A stretch of 64,000 nt of DNA from the human T2T-CHM13v2.0 reference genome, Homo sapiens: NCBI RefSeq assembly GCF_009914755.1, contig NC_060929.1; one strand, 5' to 3'. The notes below the pieces were generated by a model. The model was not told the DNA's origin. It was given only the letters and a program-made list of their open reading frames with translations, and did not search any database. Positions 1 through 12,988 of the stretch are shown here, piece by piece (positions within the stretch are counted from its first letter, which is position 1; each line of letters opens with the position of its first letter). A program made the translations under genes and the position numbers.

Positions 1-2604
1 GCATGTGCCCTGAAAAGAGAAATAGGCTATAATGCTTATTGCTTACACCAATGTGGGCAAGTTAATAACCTCTCTAAGGCTTAGTAAAGTGCCAGAAGAA
101 CAATGAAAGGATTCTGAAGATATATATTTATGTTACATGTTGTCACTGCTATTAGTTTTAAAGAAAGAGATTGATGGATTATGGAATGTCTTTGGTATAA
201 CTTTTTTTTGGTGAACTCATCTATGTATACAACTATATATACACTAAAGCTTGGATAATATTTTGAAGTAAAAAAACATGAGGGAGTAGAAAATGAAAAC
301 ATTTAAACAAAGCCTATTTTTTTCAGCAGTTTCAAGTTTCTTTAGGATCTTAAAATTGGCACAGTGATTTGTTGCATAAAATGAAGTTTTATGCAAATAC
401 TAGTCGTGACCAAAAAGTGAGAAAGTCATGCTTTCCATTCAAGGTCTCCTAAAGCCTAATTAAATGCAAACCCATTGCAGGATTCAGGGGCTGAAAAACC
501 AAATGACAGACTGAACAGTCTGGACTAGTTAAATCCCAGAGAAATCACGTGTGCCAGTATAAGAAGTTTAATTCATCTTCTCTCAGCAATGCCCACTAAA
601 TATTATTTTCAATCCTTGCAAATTAAAAACCTGGCTAGTTGGTAGAGGGCATAATGATTTGCCATTTCATATATGTGTAGAAGCCATTAACATATACCAT
701 TTCAGCTAAATTGGAGAACATAACAATAAAATCAGTTCACAGGTTTACCATTTTAATAAGCAGATTCCTACTTTCACAGATGTTCTTAAAAGAGGAACTG
801 TACTGTATCAAACCCACCAACTTCATTTATGTAAACACTCAGACTGAATGCAATTAAGCCCCTTCTGGTAAAGGAAATAAACTTCATAGCAAATAAAATA
901 AAAACAACAAAGAATAACAGGACTAAATCCTTTTCCATCCATCCAAGGACCCCTTCAGCCCATAAAGACTCACTTACATTTAAAGTTTTAGTTGATACCA
1001 TCAATTCTACTGAGCCAAAGGAACGAAGCAAAATGAGAAAAGAGAGAGAGCATTAGCAAGCATATAAAGTATAATAAATAGACTTTCCAATACGAAATAC
1101 GACCTTCAGTTCGCAGTGTTGAAGATCACTTCAATTTTGTGTTACATAATTGAAATGCAACAATTAAAAATGTGTTGTAGCTGTTATCTTTACAGCAGCC
1201 TCAACATAAAGCTCTGTTTGAAGAACATGAGAAACCACGCATCCACTCCCCTCTCTTTAGGTAAAGTTTCAGGAAAGCCACTTCTGCAGGACTGTTTTCT
1301 CCCCTGGAGAGTCTGCTCCTAAGGCTCCTTGTTACTATGGCAGCTCTGTCAGCTATTTTGCCACTACAACCATAATTCACTTCTGTCTCCTGAGCCCCTC
1401 AGGGACTCATCAAGGGTCTAGTACACAGAGAAGATGTAATCGTTCACTTAATTTTGGTCAAAACAATCACCAAAAAAGCAATTAGTGACTTTACAATTCC
1501 ATATGACTTTAAAACCCATTTGTTGTTTTTCGTTTGTTTTCTGGGATTTTCAGTTTTAGACTAATCACAAACGACCACTGCCAACTTCTACATGAACACT
1601 TCTGTCTCCTCTTTATTCTGAGTCTCACAGTCCTGGACCTCCAAGAGACCATGTTCGTTTTGTCTTGTTTACAGGAACAGAAAGTACTTAAATACTACGT
1701 TCTGTACATTTTGACTTCTTAGTATGTTTTCATTGGGGGGATGGGTATTTTTAAGCAAAATTCATGGGATTTAACCTCCTAAAATAAATTTTAAAATTAT
1801 GGAGAATGTTGATTATCAAAATTGTTAATTTCTCAAATACTACTATATAGCTAAGAAATATTTTCCCTTGAAAAATACTTTATATGCCAACTTAGAAAAG
1901 GCTTTGTTTTTTGTTTGCAAGGGCTCGAGGATTACCTGTAGCCCAATAGAAATTTAAATTATTTTTTACTACTCCAAAATAGAGTGACTTGAATTAAAAA
2001 CATTGCTAACAGCAGTTTGACTTATACAGACACTAGGAGAGTTACAAATTTTAATTTTAGAGTAGAATTCTCAAGAAAAAGAGAAAAATATAATGGGTAA
2101 ATATAACTGTTTTCAGGCATCAGGAGCAATTCTCATAATAGCAAAATAGACCCAATTCTATTTTCTTTGTCACTGATCCTTTAATAAATCTATTGCCTTT
2201 CAAGTTATACTGCTTCATTAGGTATCTCATAAAAGTTCCCAAACAGCAATGGCAGTTTGTTATTCCTCAAAACATTAGCGCAGCTGACATAGTTACTAGT
2301 GTTATCTTGGGCTCTTATAATTTAAAGCACTAGTTAATTAATATCCTCTTCACTTTTTCTGATGTGTTGTTTATAAATTCAATTTGTTGTTTATAAATTC
2401 AAAGTGATCAAAAATTGAATTAGAGTATAGGATTAAAAATATTAAAACTCATTTTCTGAAAATGTGCTCCATTACTAAGCTAAGTCTCTATGAATTACAG
2501 TAGTCAGAAAGACAAGCCTGCTGCTGGGGCTTTAACTTTGCAGGGCTAAATGATGAGGTATATCTATCACTTAAAGAAGCACCAGGTGGTATCAGCTAAG
2601 CTAG

Positions 2605-2692
2605 GTAGGCTGCATATGGTTATATAGTGTACAACCCTAGGGCATACCACTTATATAGACTCTTTGAATGATACCCTTTAGGTTTGTACAGA
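2605..2692. mobile_element. Degraded palindromic MITE, MER91-like (hAT)
   Basis: Imperfect inverted arms tgtacaaccct...taggtttgtaca around a tatagac centre resemble the MER91 palindrome. Confidence 0.35.
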
Positions 2693-3029
2693 CAAAATTT
2701 GAGCTAAGCCTAATTTAATAACTCTGATCTTGTAGCCCTGTACCTAGTTTAGAATGATTGTTTTTTCCAAAACATCATATTTGGCCCACATTTTCTTTTA
2801 TAATCATAGTGGACCTAAGACATTTTTGGCAAAATTATGATGCTAACTCTCTCTATACCTGGCCTCTCATCTATACTGTTTAATGGAAGACCTGAACTCA
2901 AATCTGTTATTTAGGGTTAAGCTAGTTAATGAAACATATGTGTGTTAATATTATGAATAAATAAAATAACCTCAAAATGACTCAATTACCATCCTAAAAC
3001 CACTCTTCAAAGTTAATAAAACCCCCCAA

Positions 3030-3700
3030 TTACCAAATCCAACAGATGTTTTTCCTCACTGCCTTTGATTTTTCTACTGCATTTAACACCTAACACTACT
3101 TTTCTCTTGAAAGTGTGCCCTTCCCTAACTTCAGGAACATAATTCTCCATATTATTTTGCTATCTCTCTAACACTATGAGCTAGAACGAGGTGCGTCTGA
3201 GTTGAGCTAGACTAAGGGCCTTCGATGTGTCTGTTCCATAAGATTCCAGCTGTAGTATTCCTGTTATCTTTTCACTTGTCCTGTTGTTCAGCTTGGGACA
3301 CAGTATTCATCCTCATGGTTCTAAGAGCCACCTGTGTGTTGTTGACTCCTAAATCTGTAACTCTACCCCGGACATTCCTCTTAGCATTAGAGCTCTATAA
3401 TTAAATACCCTAGACACCTAAAACTCAGCATGTCCAAGAAAGACTCAACAACTATTTCCTCCCAATCTGCACCTTCTTATACATGTTAACACCACCACTA
3501 TATGTCCAGTTTTGCTCAGCCAGAAACTTGTGTATCATTGTAGTTTTCTACTCTTTGACTCCCCACAACTAATCTGTCATCAGATTCTATCGATTAACCT
3601 CCCAAGCACTTGTTGAATCATTAAGTTTTTCTGCAGTCCTACATCACTATTGTCATAATTTCTTGCCTAGACTTATATAAAAATTTACTAGCTGGCGTTT
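3030..3700 (+). mobile_element. L2 LINE fragment
   Basis: Pyrimidine-rich L2 motifs (ccaaatccaa..., cacctaaaactcagcatgtccaa, tcttgcctagactt). Confidence 0.65.
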
Positions 3701-3744
3701 TTGTTCCCATTTTTTTCATTCCACAATCTTTGCACTAAGAAAAT

Positions 3745-5320
3745 AGGGGACACTTCTGTTCCCAGCCAAGACAGATTTACCCTCCTTCCTCAAAACACAA
3801 ACAAATGGACAAAGTATAAGAAATCATGGTTTTCAAGAAACTTGACATCAGGCAACAAAGAATATAGATCCCTAAGAGAAGGAAAACAAACACAGTGAAT
3901 ATCATAACTATTTCAGCTTATTGCTTTAAGAGGGTTTTCAGACCACGATGCAGACAGGGGGAACACTGGCAGGATGCAGCAAGCCCCTAAGTAGGTGAGT
4001 CAGAGCTGAGAGTCCAGAAACAGACCCAATATATACGAGCAAATGATTTTCAACAAGGTGCAAAGGCAATTCAATAGAGAGAAGACACTCTTTTCAACAA
4101 AGGGTGATGGTTATTAATATACTACAAAAAATAAACTTCATACAATATTAAAAAAAATGAATTCAAAATGGATCATAGGCCTAAAGCTAGATAACTTCTA
4201 GAAGCAAAAACTGAAGAAAACCCTTGTGACCTTACATTTGGCAAAGATTTCCTAGACACAACATCAAAAGCGTGATCCATAAAACAACAAATTTAATAAA
4301 TAAAGCTTCGTCGGAATTAAAAATTACAGCACTTCAAAAGATATGTTACAAGAAGAAAAGGCAAGCCACAGGCTAGGAGAAAACATGTGTAAATCATATA
4401 TTTGATAAGGACTTATATCCAGAGTAAACAAAGAACCCTCAAAACTCAATAAGAAAATAATTTTAAAATGGACCAAGATTTGAACTGACCCTTTACCAAA
4501 GAAGTGTCAGATCAAATAAACTCATGAAAAGATGGTCAACATCTTTTTATGTGAATCATTAGAGAAATGTAAATTAAAACCACAATGAGAAATCCCTGCC
4601 TACCTATTACAATGGCTAAAGTGTAAAAACCTGACTATACGAAGCGCTGGCTTGGTTATGGAGTAACTGATACTCTCATACACTGCTGCTAGAAATGTAA
4701 AATAGCACATTTTGGCAGTTTCTTAAATAATTAAATATATTCTTCTCACACAATCCAGCCACTCCACGCCTAGGTATATACTCAAAACTAAAATGCTTAT
4801 ACAAACACTTGTCCATGAATGTTCATAAGAGCTTTATTTGTGATACACAGAAACTGGAAACAAAATAAGTGCCCATCAACTTGGGAATATATAAATAAAC
4901 TGTGCTATATCCATACAATAAAATATTATTCCACAACAAAAAGAAATAAATGATTTTTCCCACCACAACACAGAAGAATCACAGAATAATTATGCTGAGT
5001 AAAAGAAATCAGACAAAAGTCATATATGTAACAGTATGATTTCATTTATATAAAATTCTACACGATGCAAAGTAATGTACAGTGACTAATCAGGGATTGC
5101 CTGGGGACAGGATGGGGGCTGGGGATGGATGAAAGGAGGAGCAAGATGGAGAGATTACAAGGGACAAAAGTAAGCCTTATGAGGGTGATGGATATGTTCA
5201 TTATCTGATTGTCGTCATGAGTTTATTGGTATACACATATCAAAACTTATCAAGCTATATACTTCAAATATATACAACTTATTGTATGTCAATTAAACCA
5301 CAATAAAGCTAGTTTAAAAA
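3745..5320 (+). mobile_element. Old L1M element (5' fragment joined to ORF2 end and 3' UTR)
   Basis: L1 ORF2-end motifs (gattttcaacaaggtgcaaagg, aattaaaaccacaatgaga) and a 3' end ttgtatgtcaattaaaccacaataaagct. Confidence 0.85.
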
Positions 5321-5884
5321 TCTGCACAATACTTCCATCATGATTAACTAAGAAAAAGATATGGTCTTGTCTTCTTGGGCTTACAGACTTTTAGGAGTCA
5401 TGAACACCTATGATATAAGGTGTTGTGAACTCTGTGGCTGTTTTACAGCATATCTTTAAGAGCTTCATTTTCCTCCTTGTCTTTTAGAAATAAGTGCTTA
5501 GAATGCCTCTATTCTTCAACACAGGGTACATGGGCTGGGAAAACTGGAGAAAATATTCAAGTGGCACCTGGGGACCAAAAATCTACTTGGGAAAACCAAG
5601 GCTCTAGATGAAATTATAGTTGGATTTTTTCAGACATGGGCCCAAAGCTGGGAGTATTAATCCCAGCTTTGACTAGTATGTGCAAACATGGAGTACATCT
5701 TAGGATCATGACCAACTTCTTTAAGACTTTGAACTAAGCAAGCACAAATAGGGAGCCTAGACAGTACAAACAACTTTAATTCTCAAAATTTTTAGAACTC
5801 CATATGAAATGGGTTCTTTGGCTATCCCTCAATTGGCTCAGAACTCAGACATGGAGAAAGATATGTTTTACATATACACATATA

Positions 5885-8800
5885 TTTTTCTTTCCAACTT
5901 TTATTTTACATTCAGGGAGTACAAGTGCAGGTTTATTACATGGGAAAATTGCATGTCACAGGGGTTTGTTGTAAAGATTATTTCATCACCCATGTAATAA
6001 GCCTAGTGCCTGATAGGTAGCTTTTCGATCCTCACCCTCCTCCCACCTTCCACTCTCAAGTAGGCCCTAGTGTCTCTTGTTCCCTTGTGTTCACATGTAC
6101 TGAATGTTTAGCTACCACTTACAAATGAGAACATATGGTATTTGGTTTTCTGTGTCTGTGTTAATTCATTTAGGACAATGGCCTCCAGCTCCATCCATGT
6201 TGTTGCAAAGCACATGGTCTCATTCTTTTTCTTATGGCTACATAGTATTCCATGGTGTCTATGTACCACATTTTCTTTACTCAGTCCACCACTGATGGGC
6301 ATTTAGGCTGTTTCCACGTCTTTATATTGTGAACAGTGCTGTGATGAAAATATGTGTACATGTGTCTTTACGGTAGAACATTTTATATTCCTTTGGGTGT
6401 ATACCCAGTATTGCTGGGTCGAATGGTAGCTCTGTTTTAAATTATTTGAGAAATCTCCAAACTGCTTTCCACAGTGGCTGAGCTAATTTACACCCCCACC
6501 AGCAGTGGATAAGCATTCCTTTCTTCACAACCTTACCAGCATCTACTTTTTAATAACAGCCATTTTGACTGGTATAATATGGTATCTCATTGTGGTTTTC
6601 ATTTACATTTCTCTAATGAGAGGTGGTGCTGAGCATTTTTTCATATGCTTTTTGTCTGCATGTATGTCTTCTTTAGAGAAGTGTCTGCTCATGTCCTTTA
6701 CCCATTATTTAATGAGATTTTTTTTTTGCTTGTTAAGTTACTTATAGATTCTGGATATTAGACCACTGTCAGAGGTGTAGTTTGCAAATATTTTCTCCTA
6801 CTCTGTAGGTTGTTTACTCTGATACTTTCTTTTGATGTGCAGAAGCTCTTTAGTTTAATTGGGTCTCATTTGTCAATTTTTGTTTTTGTTGCAATTGCTT
6901 TTGGAATCATTGTCATAAAATCTTTGCCAGAGCCTATGTCCAAAATGGCATTTCCTAGGTTTTCGTCTAGAGTTTTTATAGTTTTAGGTTTTATATTTAA
7001 GTCTTTAATCAATCTTGAGTTAATTTTTGTATATGATGAAAAGAAGGGATTCAGTTTGAATCTTCTGCATATGACTAGCCAGCTATTGCAGCATCATTTA
7101 TCGAATAGGGAGCCCTTTCTTTGTTGCTTGTTTTTGTTGACTTTGTCAGAGATCAAATGGTTGTAGGTGTGTGGCTTTATTTCTAGGTTCTCTAACCTGT
7201 TCCATTGGTCTATATCCCTGTTTTTGTACCAGTACTGTACTGTTTTGGTAGCTGTTGCCTTGTAGTATAGTTTAAAGTCAGGTAGTGTGATGCCTCTAGC
7301 TTCGTTCTTTTTGCTTAGGATTGCTTTGGCTATTCAGGCCATTTTTTTGGTTCCACATGAATTTTAAAATAGGTTTTTTTCTAATTCTGTAAATAATGTT
7401 GATACTTTGATAGGAATAGCTAGAATCTGTAAATTGCTTTGAGCACTATGGTCATTTTAATAATGTCGATTCTTCCTATCTATGAGCATGGAATGTTTTT
7501 CCATTTGTTTGTGTTGTCTCTGATTTCTTTGTCTCTGAAAGAAATCAGAGATAAAATCTCTAATAAAATACATTTATTGATTTGCATATGCTGAACTCAC
7601 CTTGCATCCTAGGGATAAAGCTTACTTGATTGCGATGAATTAGCTTTTTGATGTGCTGCTGGATTCAGTTTTCTAGCATTTTGTTGAGGACTTTTACATC
7701 TATGTTCGTCAAGGATATTGGCCTAAAGTTTTCTCCTTTTTTATTGTATCTCTGCCAGGTGTTGGTATAAGAATAATTCAGGCTTCATAGAATGAGTTAG
7801 GAAGGAGTTCCTCCTCTTCAAATTTTTGGAATAGTTTCAATAGGAATGAAACCAGCTCTTCTTTATACATCTGGTGGAATTTGTCTGTGAATCCTTCTGG
7901 TCCCATGCTTTTTCTGGTTGGTAGGCTTTTCATTACAGATTCAATTTCATAACTCATTTTTGGTCTGTTCAGGAATTCAATTTCTTCCTGGCTCAATCTT
8001 GGGAGATGTTATGTTTCCAGGAATTTATGATTTCTTCTAAGTTTTCTAGTTTGTGTGCACAGAGGTATTTTTAAGGTTTTCTAGTTTGTGTGCATAGAGG
8101 TGTCTCAGGATTTCTGTATTTCTTTGGGGTTGTTGGTAATGTCTCCTTTATCATTTCAGTTTGTGTTTATTTCCGTCTTCTCTCTTTTATTCTTTATTAG
8201 TCTAGATAGCAGGCTATCAATCTTATGTATTCTCTCAAAGACCCAACTTTAGGTTTCGTTGATGTTTTGAATGTTTTTTCACATCTCAACTTCATTCGGT
8301 TCAGCTCTGAATTTGGTTATTTCTTTTCTTCTGTTAGCTTTGGGGTTGGTTTGCTCTTATTTTTTTAGTTCCTCCAGGTGTGATGTTGTTAATTTGAGAC
8401 CTTTCTAACTTTTTGATGTGGGATTTTAGTGCTATAAACTTTACTCTTAACACTGCTTTAGCTGTGTCCTACAGATTCTGTTATGTTGTATCTTTGCTTT
8501 TATTAGTTATTAAAATTTTATTATGCTGTGGTCTGAGAGTGTGGTTGGTATAATTTCATTTTTCTTGAATATACTAAGAATTGTTTATTGCCAAGTGTGT
8601 GGTTAATCTAGAGTATGTGCTATGTTACAGATGAGAAGAATGTATATTTTGTTGTTGTTGGGTGGACTGTTCTGTAGATATCTGTTGAGTCCATTTGGCC
8701 AAGTGTTGAATTTAAGTCTTGAATATCTTTGTTAGTTTCCTGCCTTGATGATCTGTCTAATACTGTCAGTGGGGTGTTAAAGCCTCTCACTATTATTGTG

Positions 8801-10835
8801 TTGTTATCTACAACTCTTTGTAGGTCTCTAAAAACTTGTTTTATGAATCTGGATGCTCCAGTGTTGGGTGCATGTATGTTTAGGATAGGGAAATCTTTTG
8901 TTGCACTGAACCTTTATTATTATGTAATGGCCTTCTTTGTCTTTTTTGATCATTGTTGGTTTAAAGTCTGTTTTGTCTTAAATTAGAATAGCAACTCCCA
9001 CTGTTTTTGTTTTCCATTTGCTTGGTAGCTTTTTATCTATCCATTTACTTTGAGTCTATGGATGTCACTGCATGTGAGATGGGTCTCTTGAAGACAGCAT
9101 ATAGTTGAATCTTATTTCTTTATCTATCTTGCCACCCTGTGCCTTTTCAGTGGGGCATTTAGCCCGTTCATTTTCAAGGATAATATTGGTATGTGCTGAT
9201 TTGATCCTGCCATTGCATTTAGGAGGTTGTTTTACAGATTTAATTGTGTAGTTGCTTTACAGTGTCAATGGTCTATGTACTTAAGTTTGTTTTTGTGGTG
9301 GCTGGTAACAGTCTTTCATTTCTATGTTTAACACTCCCTCAAGGACCTCTTGGTAAGGCAGGTCTGGTGGCAAATTCCTTCAGCATTTGCTTGTCTGAAA
9401 AATATTTTATTTCCCCTTCACGTATGAAGCTTGTTTGGCTGAATATAAAATTCTTGGTTGGGATTTCTTTTCTTTAAGAATGCTGAATATAGGCACCCAA
9501 ACTCTTCTGGCTTGTAGGGTTCCTGCTGAAAGGTCCACTGTTATCCTGATGGGGTTCCTTTTGTAGGTGACCTGCTCCTTCTCTTTAGTTGCCTTTAAAA
9601 TTTTTTTATTTCTTGTTAACCTTGGAGAATCTGATGATTGTATGTCTTGAAGTTTGTCATCTTGTACAGTATTTCACAGGGGTACTCCGGACTTCCTGAA
9701 TTTGAATATTGCCTTCTCTAGCAAGGTTGGATAATTTTTCGTGGGCAATATCTTCAAATATGTTTTCCAAGTTGCTTGCTCTTTCTACCTCTGTTTCAGG
9801 GATGCCAATGAGTTGTAAGTTTGGTTTCTTCACATAATCTCATATTTCTCAGGGGTTTTGTTCAATCTTTCTAATTATTTTTTATTTTCATCTGACTGAG
9901 TTGATTTAAAGAACAGTCTTTGAGCTCTGAGATTCTTTCCTCACCTTGAACTATTTTGCTGTTAATATTTCTGATTGTATTATGAAATTCTTGTAGTGAG
10001 TTTTTCAGCTCTATCAGATCAGTTTGCTTCTTAAGAACATGCCAGTGGTGATGGGGTGATGAGGCCTATGTGCATGTGTGCCAGCAGAGCAATGGGGGAA
10101 GGCTGTGGGCAAGTGCATGCCAGCAAAGTTGTGGGGAGAGGCTGCAGGTGGGAGAATGCTGGCAGAGGCCCATCTGCTGAAGTTCTCCAATGGTTAGGCA
10201 GGGTTTGCTGGCAAAGGAGCTATGGTGGTGACACCTGGGAAGAGCCCCAGATGGGCATCTGAGGCTGTGCTCCAAGTGGACACAGCCATGCAGGGACACT
10301 GGCAGAGGCCGGCAGATGGGGGACACTCAGATCAGACTGGCCTTGTCCCATGGGCAAGACTGCTCTGCTCTGTCCAGGTCCAACAGTCAACCAAGGCCAA
10401 AGCCCCCTAAAGGAGGATGTCAAGCCCTGGGGTATGGGCATCGTAGCCACTCTGGTGCCAAACCCTCTGGGCTCTGCACAGGCTGGAGTCCTGTCCCTGC
10501 CCCCTATCCAAGCAGCTCTCCCATGTCTCAAATGTCCATGGAGGTTGTAAGATCTTCTGCAGGTAGGATTCCAGAGACCCCTGCAAAGAGTGGGCCACTC
10601 CTCAACCATTTAATTCACTTCTCAGGGTCAGGAACAAGTCCTGGCACTTGGCAGCCCCATGAAGGCTTCCCAGCTTCCTCCTACTTCAGTCCAGGGTCTG
10701 TGTGCTCCTTCCATACATTCTTAATGCCTTCCTTCTGAAGATCCTCTCAGAGTGTGCCAGTCTTCTTGATGGTCTGATCTTTCAGTAGGAAATGCTCTTC
10801 CTGGCTGTGTCTACTGAGCCATCTTGGCCTTTCTC
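5885..10835 (-). mobile_element. L1PA15-like LINE-1 retaining both ends, with internal deletions; sense to FBN2
   Basis: 3' end matches the L1PA15-type tail. ORF2 remnants appear as ORFs 6108..6302 and 7778..7996 (EEIEFLNRP...GPEGFTDKF...LPNSFYEA). ORF1 region lies at ~9300-10030, and the GC-rich 5' UTR ends at gccatcttggcc (minus GGCCAAGATGGC). Confidence 0.92.
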
Positions 10836-11106
10836 TATGGAGTTTTTTTTTTAACTCCATGCGGAAATCCCTTATCCTTCACAGACACTAATGTAACCCC
10901 TAACTACTGCAGATCCTGCTGCTAGATTGGATATTCCTGATGGTCTCTTCTTTCACCACGTTGCTAGCATACAGATCACAGTTACTGAGCACAAATCAAT
11001 TTAAATGGCATTTAAGGAATGAAAACTTTCAAGTCTACCACTACTAACTCTCTCACTGTTAAACTTTTTGTATATGACCTACAAGAAAGTTGGGGACTCT
11101 TTATAG

Positions 11107-12455
11107 CAGCTGTTCTCAAGGTGTGGCCTCTGGGAGACCATTGAGATCCTTTCAGAGTGAGTTTGATTCAAAACTATTTTCACAATCATATTAAGATGCT
11201 ATTTACTTTTTTTTTTTAATCATGTTAACATTTTCTCTGATGGCACAAGAGCAATGATAGTTGCTTAGCACAGGTTAAGGCAATGGCACCAAACTGTCCT
11301 ACCAGTCAATACAATGAACTCACAGGGTATTTGAAAAAGACATTTTCACTTAAGAATATAATTGGTGAAGCCACAAAATTAATAATAATCTTGGCCCTTG
11401 AATATACATTTTTAAAATACTTCTGTGACAAAATGTACATTACACATTGTTGCTGACTGAAGCACCACGAGTGCCTGTCTCAAGGAAAAGTTTCTGCGTA
11501 GTTGTTTTGAGTTGTGCACTCCATTAGCAGCTTTTTCTGCAGAATACTATTTTTACTTGAAGAATGACTGACAAATTATAGTTATTCAGAGTTATTAATC
11601 TGGCAGACATTTTCTTGAAAATAATGCAGTGAGCCTGTCACTTTAAGAAAAGGAACAGACTGTATATTTGATGCTAATGTTAACATTCAAGCTTAAAAAT
11701 GACAGAATTCAGAAAGATTATTTAACACTGTATGCTTGATTGTTTCTCAGCAATTTGAAGGCATTTTTATGAGTTTGATGGTGATATTCTCAAATATGAT
11801 TTTTTGATAGTACATAGTAAAATATTTCAACTTTGGAAAGATGTGCATAATACAGTGCATCAATATATTTCAAATGACCAATGCATGTTACAAAATCCAC
11901 TCAAAGCATTAGACAAACCAATGGACTTTATGTAACAGAGTACAAAAAGTGTACTAATATGGTTTCAGATTCTACATGGTTAACTAAACTTTAAGAATTA
12001 CTCCTTGTAAGTTTTGGTGGAATATCAAAGAATAACCTCAATTATCTGAAAGTCTATGCAATATTCCTCTTCTTTTCCATCTATGTATCTGCTTGAGGAT
12101 AGATTTTCATTCCTCAACAAAACAGAACAAAACAAAACAAAACATCACCAAACCTTAAATAGAGAAGCAGCTATGAGAATCCAGCTGGCTTCTATTAAGG
12201 CAGACATTAAAAAGGTTTGCAAAAATGTAAAACAACGACACTTGTTTCCACACATTGTTTTCAAAAATGTAGTTTTTCATAAAAATGTTACTTATGTCAA
12301 CATGCAATGGATTCATTGTTGTTATTTTTGAATAAATCAATAAATGTCTTAATATTTTCATCTTTAATTTCTAATTAGGTAATTATCAAAGTAGAGATAA
12401 CCAATGATTTTAAGAGTTGAAATGAGTCTGAGACCGACATATTTGAAAACTACTG
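11107..12455 (+). mobile_element. Charlie1-type hAT DNA transposon (Charlie1a-like)
   Basis: Termini cagctgttctcaagg... and ...tttgaaaactactg. ORF 12056..12331 (FPSMYLLEDRFS...LNREAAMRIQLASIKADIKKVCKNVKQ) resembles a decayed hAT transposase C-terminus. Confidence 0.85.
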
Positions 12456-12850
12456 CCCTGACATATCAGATTTTAGTCCATTGGTGTCTTGTCATCTTTT
12501 AAAGATGGATTCATGCTTGACGAATTGTTTTTAAAATATATTCATTGTTACATAGATTCCTTTTTATTTTTAGTTTATATTAAGAGTAAGCATTTCTAAG
12601 GAGAATGGAAAGGGAGAGTCAGAGACAGAAATCACAATATTTAGGACTTGAAAGGGTAGGAAATTCTTAAAGTGATCTAGCTCAGCATAGGTTAAGGGGG
12701 CACACTGAATAGCATACACACAGAAGAGACAGTTTGGAAATTAGCTGTATTTCAAAAGACTTAAAAAAATCATATTCATTCCAATTTGATCCTGTAATCT
12801 AATAGCTACTAAAAAAACTAAGAAGGATTATTAAAGAATCACAAACTTAC

Positions 12851-12988
12851 CTATACAATCTCCATTTGCATCCTGCTTATAACCCATGTTGCATTCACAT
12901 CGGTAGCTTGAGACAGTTGGTATACAGCGTCCATTTAAACAAAGGTTAGCATGATGCTTACAGATATCTATTGTCTGGTTCAGAATTG
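12851..12988 (-). CDS. FBN2: FBN2 coding exon (exon 11), EGF-like domain, 138 nt, phase 1-1
   Basis: Acceptor aattttccgtag|CA, donor ATAG|gtaagt. Translates (T)[45 protein letters not shown], with 6 Cys and an NQT glycosylation sequon. Confidence 0.97.

Noticed and set aside
2365-2402. Direct repeat tgttgtttataaattcaa x2 (also a 35-bp-period duplication at 8041-8101)
   Set aside because: Only two copies with no spacer series; ordinary slippage duplications, not CRISPR-like arrays.
10056-10738. Seven overlapping ORFs of up to 140 aa on both strands
   Set aside because: They fall in the GC-rich 5' UTR of the L1PA15, where stop codons are rare; no domain-like content.
10837-10860. Hairpin atggagtt...aactccat with a T-rich loop, terminator-like
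   Set aside because: Eukaryotic intron; an 8-bp stem is expected by chance and the T-run is in the loop.
12056-12331. Possible domesticated transposase ORF
   Set aside because: Only a short decayed C-terminal fragment within a Charlie1 element riddled with stops.
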